Shown here piece by piece: positions 30,954 to 41,815 of a DNA stretch of 64,000 nucleotides. The first letter of the stretch is position 1; the number at the start of each line of letters is the position of its first letter. Below the pieces are notes generated by a model. That model was given only the letters and a program-made list of their open reading frames with translations. It did no database searches and was not told the origin of the DNA. The position numbers and the translations under genes were made by a program. The stretch is taken from assembly GCA_038207335.1 (NCBI GenBank), contig JBBQZX010000006.1:1-64000 (forward strand), given 5' to 3'. The stretch comes from Chthoniobacterales bacterium. GTDB lineage: Bacteria > Verrucomicrobiota > Verrucomicrobiia > Chthoniobacterales > Chthoniobacteraceae.

Positions 30954-31530
30954 ATGCCGAAAGCCACCGCCGTATTCGATGCCGACGACAACCGTTCGAG
31001 CGCGGCGTTGGCGCGCATCAATGGGAAGATGCTGGCGCTGCAATCGCGCATCGCGAAGTTCGCCGCGGCTTTCATCGCAGTGAAGGCGGTTTCCGGCACG
31101 GTCACTGGGGGATTCGATCACTTCCGGCAGGTGCTCGATCTCGGTGACTCGCTTAGCGATTTGTCGCCGAATACTGGCGTGGCCGTGGACGATCTGGTCG
31201 TCCTGCTGCAGGAGTTTGCCAATGCGGGAAAATCAGCGGAGGACATCGCGCCGGTCTTCGGCAAGATGGCGAAGACGCTGCAAAATGATTCCGCTGGAGA
31301 CACAGTCGCCAAGCTCGGGCTCAAGCTTGAGGAGCTGAAGAAGAAGACTCCAGTCGAGCAGTTTCGCACGCTCGGTGACGCGATCAATTCGGTCCGCGAC
31401 CCCTCACAGAAGGCCGCCGCTTCCCATGAAGGTCTTTGGGTGCAGCGGCGCGGAACTGCTGACGCTGTTTTCCTCCGATGGATTCGGCTTGGCGGCGACG
31501 GAAGTCGGCGCTCAGGCGCAGTTGCTCGCC
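30954..31530 (+). pseudogene. Phage tail tape-measure protein relic
   Basis: LSDLSPNTGVAVDDL..LGLKLEELKKKTPVEQFRTLGDAINSVRDPSQKAAA then (frameshift) MKVFGCSGAELLTLF. Confidence 0.65.
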
Positions 31531-31736
31531 CGCGAGACTTACATCGACCTGCTGCTCTCCACGAAAAGTTCGTCGAGGAAGCCCGCAGCGAACGGAGCGC
31601 GATTTCGTCGAAGCGTCGTGATAGCAACAACTCGCTCGTGACCCTGTGCGTTGCACGACTGGCTGAAGGAAAACTCGCGCGAAGCAGAACCGGAGGAGCG
31701 GCGCCAGAGCCGAAAATAGCGCGAGCAGGACACGTT

Positions 31737-32590
31737 TTATTTCCAGTCGTCGGTGCGGAGCGGGAAGCAGGCAAGCCGTCGCGACCATAGAGGCTACAGG
31801 GCCATGGGAAATCGCCTTCCCCCCAGCGGGCCCGCCAATCCTCGATCATCGCTGGAAATAGCACACCATATCTGACGTGGTGCCCGGCATTGGATTCGCC
31901 CTGATACCACATGACCCCTTTGATCGCATAGGGAATGAGCGGATTGATCATGGCATTGAACAACGTCGAGGGGTGCTTTCTTTGCCGGATGGGTTGGGCC
32001 GCCCTCCACCCTCCTTGGGTTTTTCCGGCTCCGGTTGGCCGGCGGCCAGGGCGGCTTTGGCGGCAGCTTCCCAGTTTTCAGTGCGGCCTGATCTGGCTCC
32101 CAGACTTCTGCAGACCACTTCCGCCTGGCCGCGACGTGGTGCGCCCAGATCACGGGATACCTGGCTTTTTGCTCATCGCTCTGCGATTGAACCTGCTTCG
32201 CGTAATCGGCGAGAGTAGGGTAGTATTCCAAGGCCGCCAGACTGGTCCACGCCTGAGCGGATGTGCGTCCTCAATAGCTCCCGATGAGGCCCACGGGGTT
32301 GCCGCTGATTTCCCGGATCCGCTGGCCGAACAGATAACCAACGGCTGAGAACCCGTTCCAGGTGCCCGCATTCGCCGTCTTGCTCCAGTGGCCGGTCGAG
32401 GTGTCCCAGACCAATTCCTTCGGCACCCTCATCGTGTCATCCAGCGGCGTCAGTGAGGCCGTTTTGGTGAGGCAAAAAACGCGGAGTTCTGGGTCGTTCA
32501 ACTCCTCGGTTTTTTTGATATTTAGCACCCCAAACTCCATGTTCGACTGGCCGGCACAGAGCCACACTTCGCCTACCAGCATGCTCTCAT
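31737..32590 (-). pseudogene. Sialate O-acetylesterase (SASA) relic
   Basis: LVGEVWLCAGQSNMEF, FSAVGYLFG, FNAMINPLIPYAIKGVMWYQGESN, GLPA..PLRTDDW, spread over several frames with deletions. Confidence 0.8.
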
Positions 32591-32670
32591 TGGTGGGTCA
32601 AAATCGAAAGTTCTCAATTCCCAAGCCTCGCGCCATATGCACCGATGCTCGAACTCCGCTGGTAGAGCAC

Positions 32671-34833
32671 ATGCAACCCATGTTTCCGCTTCGCATTTTC
32701 CTATTTGCGCTGATTTTCATCAGTGGCTTCGCGAGCGCGGAGGAACCGCTGCTCACTCGCTGCGTGGATGTTCAGGCGCTCCCACGGGAGGAGGCGGCGC
32801 GTGGCTTGCCGGTCGCGGTGCGCGGCGTGGTGACGCTCACTTTCGCGGGCCCGCGCAACAGCTTCGTCGTCGATGACGGACGCGGAGTTTTCGTCGCACT
32901 CTCGGAAGCCGATGAGGCGTCGCAGCATGCCACGGATACCGGTGGGCGGGATCGTTTTGAAGTTGGCACCGTCGTGGATATTCGCGGCGTGACCGGGCGC
33001 GGGAGATTCGCGGCTGTGATCGTTCCGCATGAAATCAAGGCCGTGGGAACCGCGCCGCTGCCGCCGTTCCGACCGATGAGTGTGTCGGCTACGCGGAATG
33101 GAAACATGGATTGCCAAGGCATCGAACTTGCCGGGGTCGTGCAGCGCAGCGTGCCAAAGGATCCCAAAGTTCCAGGCACGGCGAATCAGCTCGAAGTCGT
33201 CGCGCAGGACGGGCGTTTCATCGTGGTCCTCCGGGACGACGGTGGGATGGATGTGAATGCGCTGGTGGATGCGGAGGTGCGGGTACGTGGCGTGGCGACG
33301 ACGATTTTCAACCCGCGCGGCGAGTCGATGGGCATCCGACTCCAGGTGCAATCGATGGACTCGATCGTGGTGACGCGGCCCGCGCCAAGCGATCCATTCG
33401 ATGCTCCGCGGACCACGACGCGGACGCTCTTTCCTTTCTCGCTCAAGTCGGTGAATTTGCACCGGCAGCGACTCGCCGGCACGGTCACGCTGAGCCGCCC
33501 GGGTAAATTTTTTTACGTTGTGGAAGATGGACGTGCTGTCAGGGTGAATACCAACTCGCCGGATCGGCTGCTGCCTGGACAGCGAGTAGAGGCGTCGGGG
33601 TTTGTCGAGTTGGTGCGCTATTTCGCGGAGGTGCGCGACGCTGTTTTTCGTCCGCTCGCGGTCGAGTCGCCGCCGGCCCCTCTGCGTACGACAGCGGCGG
33701 AAATCCTGGCTGCGGTTACGCGAAATTCCCTGGCTGATTCCGATGTGCTCGATGGCCGTCTGGTGCAGCTCCGCGGACGATTGTTGAAAGTCGATGTCGG
33801 CAGCGGAACGGATCACCGGCTGGTGGTCGATTGCGGCGGGCGTGCGGTGCTGGCGCTAATGGATGGCGCGGTGCCGACGACGGAGTTGGAGCAAGTGGCG
33901 CCCGGCAGCGAGATCGACGTGACGGGAATCGCGGTTCTCGATCTCGGCGCGAACTGGCCGACGTTGATCTATTCGGAGACGCGCGATTTTCAACTACTGC
34001 TGCGCGACGCTACCGATGTGAAGGTGATCGCAGCGCCGTCGTGGTGGACGCCGAAGCGGCTCTGGGTCTTGATCGGCGGGGTGGTGGCGCTGCTCGCGAT
34101 CGTGCTCGCGTGGAATTCGCTGCTACGACGCCGGGTCTCGCAGCGGAGCGCGCAACTCGCAGCCGAGATGCAGGCGAGGACAGCGGATGAGATCGAGTTC
34201 AACGCGACGCAGCGCGAGCGGACGCGCATGGCGGCGGACCTGCACGATACGTTGGAACAGGCGCTCACGGGTCTCGCGTTTCAGCTCGATGCGACGCGGC
34301 GATTTGCGCCGCCGCTAGGCGAGCGCGGTACGCAGCATTTTGAGCTGAGTCGGCAGCTCCTCGCGAGCAGCCGCGAGGATTTGCGGCGTTCGCTGTGGAA
34401 TCTGCGCGTGCAGGGGCTGGAGGGCCGCACATTCAGCGAGGCGCTGCGCGTGACGGCGGAGCGCTCGGCGGCGGGGCGCGATGCGGAGATCGTGGTGGAG
34501 GAAATCGGCGGGCCGAAATCGGTGCCGGAATTCACCGCCGGGCATCTGCTGCTGCTCGCGCAGGAGGCGATCACGAATGCGCTGAAGCACGCACGGGCGA
34601 AGCGGATCGGCGTGCGGGTGGCCTACGAAAACGGGCAGGTTTCGATGACGATCGAGGATGATGGCGAGGGCTTCGACACGGCGAAATCGCCGGGGCTCGC
34701 GGACGGGCATTTCGGCTTGCAAGGAATGCGCGAACGCGTCGATCGGCTCGACGGGACGATCGAGATTGAAAGCGCGCCGGGGCGGGGGACGCGGATTGTT
34801 GTGCGGGTGCCTTCGCCTGCCGCAGTCGGCTAA
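32671..34833 (+). CDS. Membrane sensor histidine kinase (HisKA_3) with a repeated periplasmic domain
   Basis: Signal peptide; repeated V.V.GVVT modules; PSWWT + TM; ERTRMAADLHDTLEQ, QEAITNALKHA, DDGEGF, GHFGLQGMRER. Confidence 0.9.
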   Translation: MQPMFPLRIFLFALIFISGFASAEEPLLTRCVDVQALPREEAARGLPVAVRGVVTLTFAGPRNSFVVDDGRGVFVALSEADEASQHATDTGGRDRFEVGTVVDIRGVTGRGRFAAVIVPHEIKAVGTAPLPPFRPMSVSATRNGNMDCQGIELAGVVQRSVPKDPKVPGTANQLEVVAQDGRFIVVLRDDGGMDVNALVDAEVRVRGVATTIFNPRGESMGIRLQVQSMDSIVVTRPAPSDPFDAPRTTTRTLFPFSLKSVNLHRQRLAGTVTLSRPGKFFYVVEDGRAVRVNTNSPDRLLPGQRVEASGFVELVRYFAEVRDAVFRPLAVESPPAPLRTTAAEILAAVTRNSLADSDVLDGRLVQLRGRLLKVDVGSGTDHRLVVDCGGRAVLALMDGAVPTTELEQVAPGSEIDVTGIAVLDLGANWPTLIYSETRDFQLLLRDATDVKVIAAPSWWTPKRLWVLIGGVVALLAIVLAWNSLLRRRVSQRSAQLAAEMQARTADEIEFNATQRERTRMAADLHDTLEQALTGLAFQLDATRRFAPPLGERGTQHFELSRQLLASSREDLRRSLWNLRVQGLEGRTFSEALRVTAERSAAGRDAEIVVEEIGGPKSVPEFTAGHLLLLAQEAITNALKHARAKRIGVRVAYENGQVSMTIEDDGEGFDTAKSPGLADGHFGLQGMRERVDRLDGTIEIESAPGRGTRIVVRVPSPAAVG

Positions 34834-35486
34834 ATTTCCACCCGCAGCAGGCCGCGCTCGAAGCCGCGGGCGACGGCTTCGGTCCGGTCGGCGGCTTCGA
34901 GTTTTGAGAGCAGCATCTTGACGTGAAATTTCGCGGTGTTTTCGCTCAGGCCGAGCGCGGTGCCGATGTCGCGATTCGTCATTCCGCGGCGCAGGAGATC
35001 GAGCACCTCGAGTTCGCGCGGGCTGAATGCGCGGCGGGCCGGGCGCGCGGCGAGTTGCTTGCGAATGCTGTCTGGCAGATAGCTGCCGTCCGTCGCGATG
35101 GCGTGGATCGCGGCGATGAGTTCGGCGGGCTCCGCTGTTTTCACGAGGTATCCGGCGGCGCCCGCATCGAGCGCGGCGACGATGTCCTCCTCGAGATCGG
35201 AGGTCGTGAGCATCAGCACGCAGGCGGTTGGAAATTCCCCGCGAATTTGCTTCAGCGCAGCGAGCCCCCCGACGCGAGGCATCCGCAGATCGAGCAGCGT
35301 CACATCCGGCAGATGCTCGCGATAAAGCTCGAGCGCGCTCTCGCCGCCGGTGCCTTGCGCGACGACTTTCAAATTCTCCTGTCCGTCGAGCACGGCCACG
35401 AAGCCCATGCGGACCACCGCGTGATCGTCGATGAGCAAAAGTCGGATCGTCCGTCTCTGCGGGGGGTTGCGAGGCATGGCGAGCAC
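34830..35486 (-). CDS. NarL/FixJ-family response regulator
   Basis: LIDDHAVVRMG, DVTLLDLRMP, FSPRELEVL..GMTNRDIG..SENTAKFHV. Confidence 0.95.
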   Translation of the reverse strand: MLAMPRNPPQRRTIRLLLIDDHAVVRMGFVAVLDGQENLKVVAQGTGGESALELYREHLPDVTLLDLRMPRVGGLAALKQIRGEFPTACVLMLTTSDLEEDIVAALDAGAAGYLVKTAEPAELIAAIHAIATDGSYLPDSIRKQLAARPARRAFSPRELEVLDLLRRGMTNRDIGTALGLSENTAKFHVKMLLSKLEAADRTEAVARGFERGLLRVEI

Positions 35487-35545
35487 GCTCTTTCATCGCC
35501 CGCGCTGTGGCAATTTCGCAATGGCCGCGCGCGTGTCCGGTCGGG

Positions 35546-35612
35546 CTACCCGGTCGGGTAGCTGTGTCGTGATAGCACCGCGTAGAGATGCCGCGCCTAC
35601 CTGTTTGGGTAG
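35546..35612. promoter_or_regulatory. Two 16-bp CTACC-N6-GGTAG palindromes (NarL-type 7-2-7 boxes)
   Basis: CTACCCGGTCGGGTAG (35546-35561) and CTACCTGTTTGGGTAG (35597-35612). Confidence 0.6.
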
Positions 35613-35718
35613 TTCCTCCGGGCAGTAGTCGCGTGGTCGCGAAGGCAGCAAAGTCGGCCCTCTCGCAACTGTCCAATTCCACCTGCACTGCAAGCCGCAG
35701 CAATCCCAGCCCTCCAAA

Positions 35719-38112
35719 ATGATCACACCACTCCAGACACGCATCGCTATTCCCGTTCTCTCATTCGGCATCCTCTTCGGAGCAGCATCCAGGATCGTCG
35801 CAGCGACATCGAGCTTCACCCCGATCACCTACGGGACCTACGATTATCAAACGGGCGGATTCTGGGATAACGGTGTGCCAAATGCCATCGACGACAGCGC
35901 GATCTTCAGCAAGAACATCGGCTCCGACACCGGCACGCAGGGATTTGTTTTCGTGAATTTGAACGGTCCAGTGACGCTCGGAAATCTCACGCTTGGCGAC
36001 ACGAATACGACGACTGGAAATGGCAACGGGTTCTACCAAATCCAAAATGGCACGGGTGGTTCGCTGACTTTCGCCGCCACGGCAGGCAACGCGACGCTGC
36101 AAAAAACCGTGTCCAGTGGGACGGAGGACATCGTCTCCGCGACCGTGTCGCTCACCAGCACGCTCGCGGCGGATGTGCGGCAGGGAAATATCCGCATCGA
36201 CGGGGCGATCAGCGGCGCGGGCGGAATCATTCGCGCCGATGTCGGGACGAGCACTGCCGTCAACGGCGGCACGTTGAAACTCACCAACAACAACAATTCC
36301 TACACCGGCAGCACCGTGGTCGAGCATGGCATCGTGCAGGCGTTCTTGACCGGCGATATTCTCGCCGGCTCGAACAGCGTCCTGGGCAACTCGAGCACGC
36401 CCATCGTGGTCGGCACTGCTGTGACGATCGGACTCTCAAATACGACGACACAACTGACCTTCAGCGCGGCCGCGGGTCTCGACTCGACGAACTTCACGGT
36501 GAGCCGCGACTTTGATTTCTCGCAGGCGGGCTCAGCTATCGGGACTTCGCAGATCAACTTCGGCGGTGACGGCGCCGGCGGCTTGAACACGAACACGTTC
36601 ACGCTTTCCGGGACGCTGACGACGGGCGTCCGGCAGCTCGTGCTCATCGCGCAGCGCGCGGGCCAGACGGTCAATGTCACTGGCGCGATCAACAGCGGCA
36701 CCGGGAGCATCCGTCTCGGCTCATTTCCGCTGGATCCGAATGTGGACGGGCACGGCAACGGCAACGTGCGTCTCAGCAATGTGGCGCGTACCTACACCGG
36801 CCAGACGCAGATCGTGAGCGGGTCCCTCATCGTGGATGGCGTGGTGCCGCTGACGGGGCCGAGCCCGGTCGGCACCGGAGTCGTCGAGGCGACTCAGGGG
36901 ACGGGTGGAAACATCGTCGGCGGCGCGAATTTCGCGGGCACCGTCGCGGCCTCACGGGATACTTCGCCGGACACGGTGCGCGGCTTTTTCCTAGAAAGTG
37001 CGGGTAGCAGTTACGCGCGGACATTCGTGCCCGGCAACGGGACGAGCGCCGTCCCGGCGACGGGCGGATATGGCACCGCGGTCAGCGTCATCAATGGCTT
37101 CCAAGTCGGCGGCCTGAACACCACGGGACTCACCACTTTCAGCGGCGCGATCACGCCGGGGAATCCGGCGGTTGGCAACTCCGCCACCAATCCCATCTCG
37201 GTCGCGGTCAATCTCGCGCTCCAGTCCGGCGGCGCCGGCGGGACCACCCTTTTCAGTGGCAACATCGTGGACGGCACGACGGTGACCGACACCGTCACGC
37301 GTGTGACCGTCAATGGACTCCGCAACCACCCGAATCTCGACGGTGTCAACAACACGACCGGCAACACGGGCCCCGACGGCGTCCCTGACATCGCCTTCGC
37401 CGGCGATCTCGGTGCGAATGCGATCATCCCCAGCACGCTGAAAACCGGCACGGTCGTCGTGGGGGGGGCGAACACCTGGGACGGCACCACCGAGGTGCTC
37501 GCCGGGAGATTTCTCGTGAGTGGTAGCATCGCTGGAAATACTTCGACCGTCGCCAGCGGGGCCACACTCGGCGGACGCGGGACGATCAATGCTGGCATCG
37601 CAGCATCCACGCTGCAAGTCGCCGGCACGCTCGCGCCGGGCGGCCGCATCGACCCGATCACGCCGAGCAATGGCGCGATCTCCGACCCCGGCGTACTCAC
37701 GAGCAACAAGCAGGTGAATTTTCTCGCGGGCTCGACACTTTCGCTCGAGCTCAACGGCACCGCGGGCGGGCTGAACTACGATGTGCTGGTCGTCGGGAGC
37801 GGTGCGGGGATCAGCATCACAGGCAACAGCACAGTCGCGCTCGCGCTCGGATACACTCCTGTGAACGGCGACTTTTTCACCGTCATCGACAACCAAAGCG
37901 CGAATCCGATCGCGGGTGTCTTTGGGAATCTCGCCGAGGGCGGCACCATCACGGCGACCTTCAACGCGGCGAGCTACACATTCCAGGCGACCTATCACGG
38001 TGGCACGGGCAATGACCTCGTGCTCACCGCAATTCCGGAGCCGGGCGTCGCGATTTCGCTCCTCGGCGGGCTCGGGGCACTCCTCGGCTTGCGCCGCCGC
38101 CGAAGCGCGTAA
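35719..38112 (+). CDS. PEP-CTERM surface protein with autotransporter-associated beta-strand repeats
   Basis: GTLKLTNNNNSYTGSTVV, GANTWDGTTEVLAG, YHGGTGNDLVLTAIPEPG + TM + RRRR. Confidence 0.9.
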   Translation: MITPLQTRIAIPVLSFGILFGAASRIVAATSSFTPITYGTYDYQTGGFWDNGVPNAIDDSAIFSKNIGSDTGTQGFVFVNLNGPVTLGNLTLGDTNTTTGNGNGFYQIQNGTGGSLTFAATAGNATLQKTVSSGTEDIVSATVSLTSTLAADVRQGNIRIDGAISGAGGIIRADVGTSTAVNGGTLKLTNNNNSYTGSTVVEHGIVQAFLTGDILAGSNSVLGNSSTPIVVGTAVTIGLSNTTTQLTFSAAAGLDSTNFTVSRDFDFSQAGSAIGTSQINFGGDGAGGLNTNTFTLSGTLTTGVRQLVLIAQRAGQTVNVTGAINSGTGSIRLGSFPLDPNVDGHGNGNVRLSNVARTYTGQTQIVSGSLIVDGVVPLTGPSPVGTGVVEATQGTGGNIVGGANFAGTVAASRDTSPDTVRGFFLESAGSSYARTFVPGNGTSAVPATGGYGTAVSVINGFQVGGLNTTGLTTFSGAITPGNPAVGNSATNPISVAVNLALQSGGAGGTTLFSGNIVDGTTVTDTVTRVTVNGLRNHPNLDGVNNTTGNTGPDGVPDIAFAGDLGANAIIPSTLKTGTVVVGGANTWDGTTEVLAGRFLVSGSIAGNTSTVASGATLGGRGTINAGIAASTLQVAGTLAPGGRIDPITPSNGAISDPGVLTSNKQVNFLAGSTLSLELNGTAGGLNYDVLVVGSGAGISITGNSTVALALGYTPVNGDFFTVIDNQSANPIAGVFGNLAEGGTITATFNAASYTFQATYHGGTGNDLVLTAIPEPGVAISLLGGLGALLGLRRRRSA

Positions 38113-38157
38113 AGCCGCGACATATACACGAATGCGCGGGCTGCGCACACTCGGCCG

Positions 38158-40111
38158 ATGAGCTTCTCGACCTGCCTGCGGCTTGCCGCGTTTGCGTTTG
38201 CGTTTCCGAGCGCGGCGTTCGCAGCGAATGTGCTGGCGCTCGATTTCAATTCCGATCCGCCGGCGATGGCGGGCTACGGCGTTCCGGCTTCGGCGATCGC
38301 GACGAGTGCGATCGCGGCGGAGGGTACGATCGACACATTTCGCGGCGAGCCCTCGGCGGCGGCGGTGCTGAAAGTGGATGCAGGCGCGGCGAAAAAGACG
38401 TGGAGCGCGGGGCTTCGGACGCCGCTGCTCGCGGTCGAAAATGCGGAGACGGTCCTGGCTAAACTCACGCTCGCATTTGACCTCCAAGCCAGCCAGTCGC
38501 TGCCGGTGCGCCTACGCATTGCGTCCTTCGATGCGAAGCGTAAGCGGACCGGCGGCTTGGAGAAATGGGTCTATCCTCCGGTCGCTGGATCGTTTTTCCG
38601 GCACTCGACCGACCTCTCGGAAATGAGCGCGTGGAATGGGAAATTCGATCCCGCTGCGAAGTTCGTGCAGCTCTCGTGGGAGATCGGAAGTGCCGCGCCG
38701 CAGCCGTGGCCAAAGGCTGATGGGCACTTGATCCGTGTGGATAATGTCAGCCTTTCCGTACCGAGTTTTTACGTCTCCGAGAGCGGCTCCGACAAAGCCG
38801 ACGGGCGCGCCGAGGCGACCGCTTTCCAGACGATCAAAAAGGGAGTCGCCGGAGCACAGGCGGGCGACACCGTGATCGTGATGGATGGCGTCTATCCGCT
38901 CGCGGGCGGCATCAGCATCACGACGACGGGCACGCCGACAAAGTGGATCACGCTCAAGCGCGCGCCGGGCGCAAACCCGCGGCTCGAGTTCGCAGGCTGG
39001 TCGGGATTCACGCTTAAAAAGGGCGCGGCTTTTATAGAAATCAACGGGCTCGAAATCGTCGGGAATGCCCGCAACGTCACCGTCAAGGAGGCCACCGAAA
39101 ACGGCCACGCGGAAAAGCCGGACGGCAAGTTCAACGGCACCGCAATCTCCATCGAGGGCAAGACAATCGACGCCGGTGGAAAGACCGTGAAAGACGAAAA
39201 AGAGTTCCGTGACCGCCCGGATCGCCCGCATCACATCCGCATTGTCGGCTGCAATATCCACGATGCGTGCGGCGCGGGTGTCGCGGCGATGATCGCCGAT
39301 TACGTCACGATCGAGGGCAACACCGTGAGCGATTGCGCGGCGAGATCCCGCTACGCGCACAGCGGGATCACGCTTTATTGGGCATGGAATTTCGACGCCT
39401 CCACCGGGCACCGAAATTTCATCCTTAACAACGTCGCTGCGCGCAATCGCACGATGGTCGCGTGGCTGCCGGGCTGGGAATCCGATCCCGCGAAAGCAAA
39501 CCTCTCCGATGGGAATGGCATCATCATTGACGACTTCATCCAGCACCAGCCCGGCAGCCCCGGCGAGCCGAACGCCGGGCGCACACTCGTGCAGAACAAC
39601 CTCTCGCATCATAGCGGCGGCGGCGGCATCCACATCTTCGCGAGCGATCACGTCGATGTGGTCAACAACACCGCCTTCGCCAATTCCCAGACCGCGAACC
39701 TCGACTACGGCGAGATCGACACGAGCTGGTCAAAAGACTGCCGCGTCCTCAACAACATCGCCATCGCAAGCCCCGGCAAAACCGTCCACCGCAACCGCAA
39801 CCGCGAATTCAAACTCGAGTTCGAGCAACGTCTGGGAGGCGAACGTCCTCTTCGCCGACGGCGTGAAAAAGGTCATCGATTTCAGCGAGCGAGACATCTG
39901 GGCCGATCCGCTCCTCATCGCGCCCGCGCCCGACGCGCCGCCCGCGTCCTTTGCCCTCCAGTCAGGCAGTCCTGCGCACGGCATCGGCATCGCGAGTCCG
40001 CTCGTCTGTGGCCTCGACCTTTTCGGCGCACAGCGCTCACCCGCGGGAAAGATCGACAGCGGCGCGATCCAGACATCCGCGATCCCAGCGAAACGCAAAC
40101 GCTCGCCCTGA
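38158..40111 (+). CDS. Secreted right-handed beta-helix protein (DUF1565-like), frameshift near 39820
   Basis: FYVSESGSD..AFQTIKKG..AGDTVIVMDGVY, SDGNGIIIDDF. The C-terminus WADPLL..FALQSGSPA..IDSGA lies in another frame ending at 40111. Confidence 0.75.
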
Positions 40112-40319
40112 TGTCAGTTTGCCGGGAACTGTAGGGCAGGCTTCTGGCAGGGACCGGACACATCGCTTACACTTTCGCTGCAGGGACGGCGGGCGCTGTG
40201 TTGGGCGGCGCGGGGCACACCCTCCACTTCATTTTTGGCGGCCGCCGTCAGCGCGCTATGCCTCCTGCAGCCCCTCGATCCCGCCCGTCTTCCAGCGCCC
40301 TCGTCACTTGCACGCACAC

Positions 40320-40429
40320 GTCCGGTTGATCCGCCACCGCTCGCAAATCACCTTCACGTTCTCGCTCCCAACCTCAAGTTCCTGCGCCAGTTTCACCTTC
40401 TCTTTCAATGTCAGCTTTTTGTTCGTCAT
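40320..40429 (-). pseudogene. Short HTH fragment, transposase-like
   Basis: MTNKKLTLKEKVKLAQELEVGSENVKVICERWRINRT; lower GC. Confidence 0.35.
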
Positions 40430-40492
40430 CTACACCGCGCCACCACTCCAAACCAAAAAGTGCAAGCGATGTGTCCGGTTCAGGTCATTGAG

Positions 40493-40805
40493 TCACCGAC
40501 GATGTAAAGCTCATCCGGCAAACCCTGACGAAGACGCCCAGCGAACAAAAAGCCGACATCGAGGCTGCCGGGCATTTACCGATCAGGAGCTACAACTAGA
40601 CAGACTTTGTCCGCAATCTTGTCGCCATCGAAGTGCAGTTGGGAAAGTATGCCTTCATCGCCTACGACCCCTTCGTGAAACACCTCGGGTTTTATATCTA
40701 GGACGAGATCGATGTTGGGATCGAGATTTTGCCCGTGAAGGCGATGCAACAGCAGGTGTCTTCGGGGATCGCTTACTACGAGCGAGAGCTCGACAACGTG
40801 ATTGA
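40493..40805 (+). pseudogene. BglII/BstYI-family type II restriction endonuclease relic
   Basis: SYN*TDFVRNLVAIEVQLGKYAFIAYDPFVKHLGFYI*DEIDVGIEILPVKAMQQQVSSGIAYYE, with two in-frame TAG stops. Confidence 0.75.
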
Positions 40806-40823
40806 CACGGTCGCGGCCTCCCT

Positions 40824-41330
40824 TCAGTCCCGCTCGTGATTCTCGGCGTTGACGCGTGAAGCGTTCGGAGTTCGCGACGGCGCGATTTTCGGCTGCTGCT
40901 GCCACAAGGGGGAGAGCCAGCACAGTGCGCAGTCGAGGATGAGAAGAATATAGAGGCCCCAGAAGGGCTCGAACACGAAGCGGAACCGGGGCTTCACATT
41001 TGCCGTCAGCGAGATCGTGAAAAGCAGCGCGATGAGCGTGAGGCTGAGCGCGAAGTGCAGCTTTTGCATCGACCCGCGTCGCATGGCGACGAACCCCATG
41101 CCGGTCCATGCGACGATGTAAAACCACGCGACTCCGGGGACATGCCGCTTCCCGATCACAAGGTACGCGAGCCGCGGCTGGAGCATGGAATGCCAGCGGT
41201 CGTTGAACTTCGCAAACCAGTCGAGCCGCTCGGGATGCTCGTGAGAGTGCACCCAGGCGTCGATTTCCTCCGCGGAGAGCTCGGTAAAGTCGTCGTTCGT
41301 CGGGACGGTGGCGGTGTAGCGGAACTTCAG
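40824..41330 (-). pseudogene. C-terminal fragment of a polytopic membrane protein (ArnT/GT-C-like)
   Basis: Hydrophobic helices ending TANVKPRFRFVFEPFW; no N-terminus. Confidence 0.4.
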
Positions 41331-41815
41331 CCCCGCAAGCTCGAGCGCGGCGTGACCCGATTTCTCCCTCTGATCAAAACGACGTGGCGCGCCTCGAGCA
41401 GTTTCAGGATAAGCATTTCGATCCGACCTACTATCCCCGCGCTTTCGAGCATCGTTACGTCCGTGCTGTCGCGGAGCGAAAATCGACGACCATTCCGCTG
41501 TCGTTCGGCTTTCCAAAACGTGGCTCGATCCCGCCGCCGGAGAAGTTCAAGACGATGCTCTCGCCGCGTCCGGATTCGTGGCCGGTGCGCGCGATGCAGG
41601 CGTGGCACCGCGCTTACGAAGCCGCTGCGACGCTCGTGCAATTTCCAAGACCCAAAAGACCGCGCTCTGCTCGCGATCTCGCACGCACGCCCCTCTTTCC
41701 TTGGCTGCTGGCTGGTCACCGGGCTCGTGCTCTCTTTCGCGACGCGCTATCGTCGCGCGCTCGGCGCGCGGCGAATGGAATCCTTCCAAGTCACACCTGT
41801 TGTGCCGAGGTGAAC

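Noticed and set aside
30848..31790. Intact prophage or tailocin
   Set aside because: Only a frameshifted tape-measure fragment; no capsid, terminase, integrase or other tail genes.
32362..32670. N-terminal extension of the histidine kinase ORF
   Set aside because: It is the antisense of the SASA relic; the signal peptide begins at ~32671.
40493..40805. Amber recoding in the restriction endonuclease frame
   Set aside because: TAG is a normal stop elsewhere in the window, and the fragment lacks both termini, so decay is the simpler explanation.
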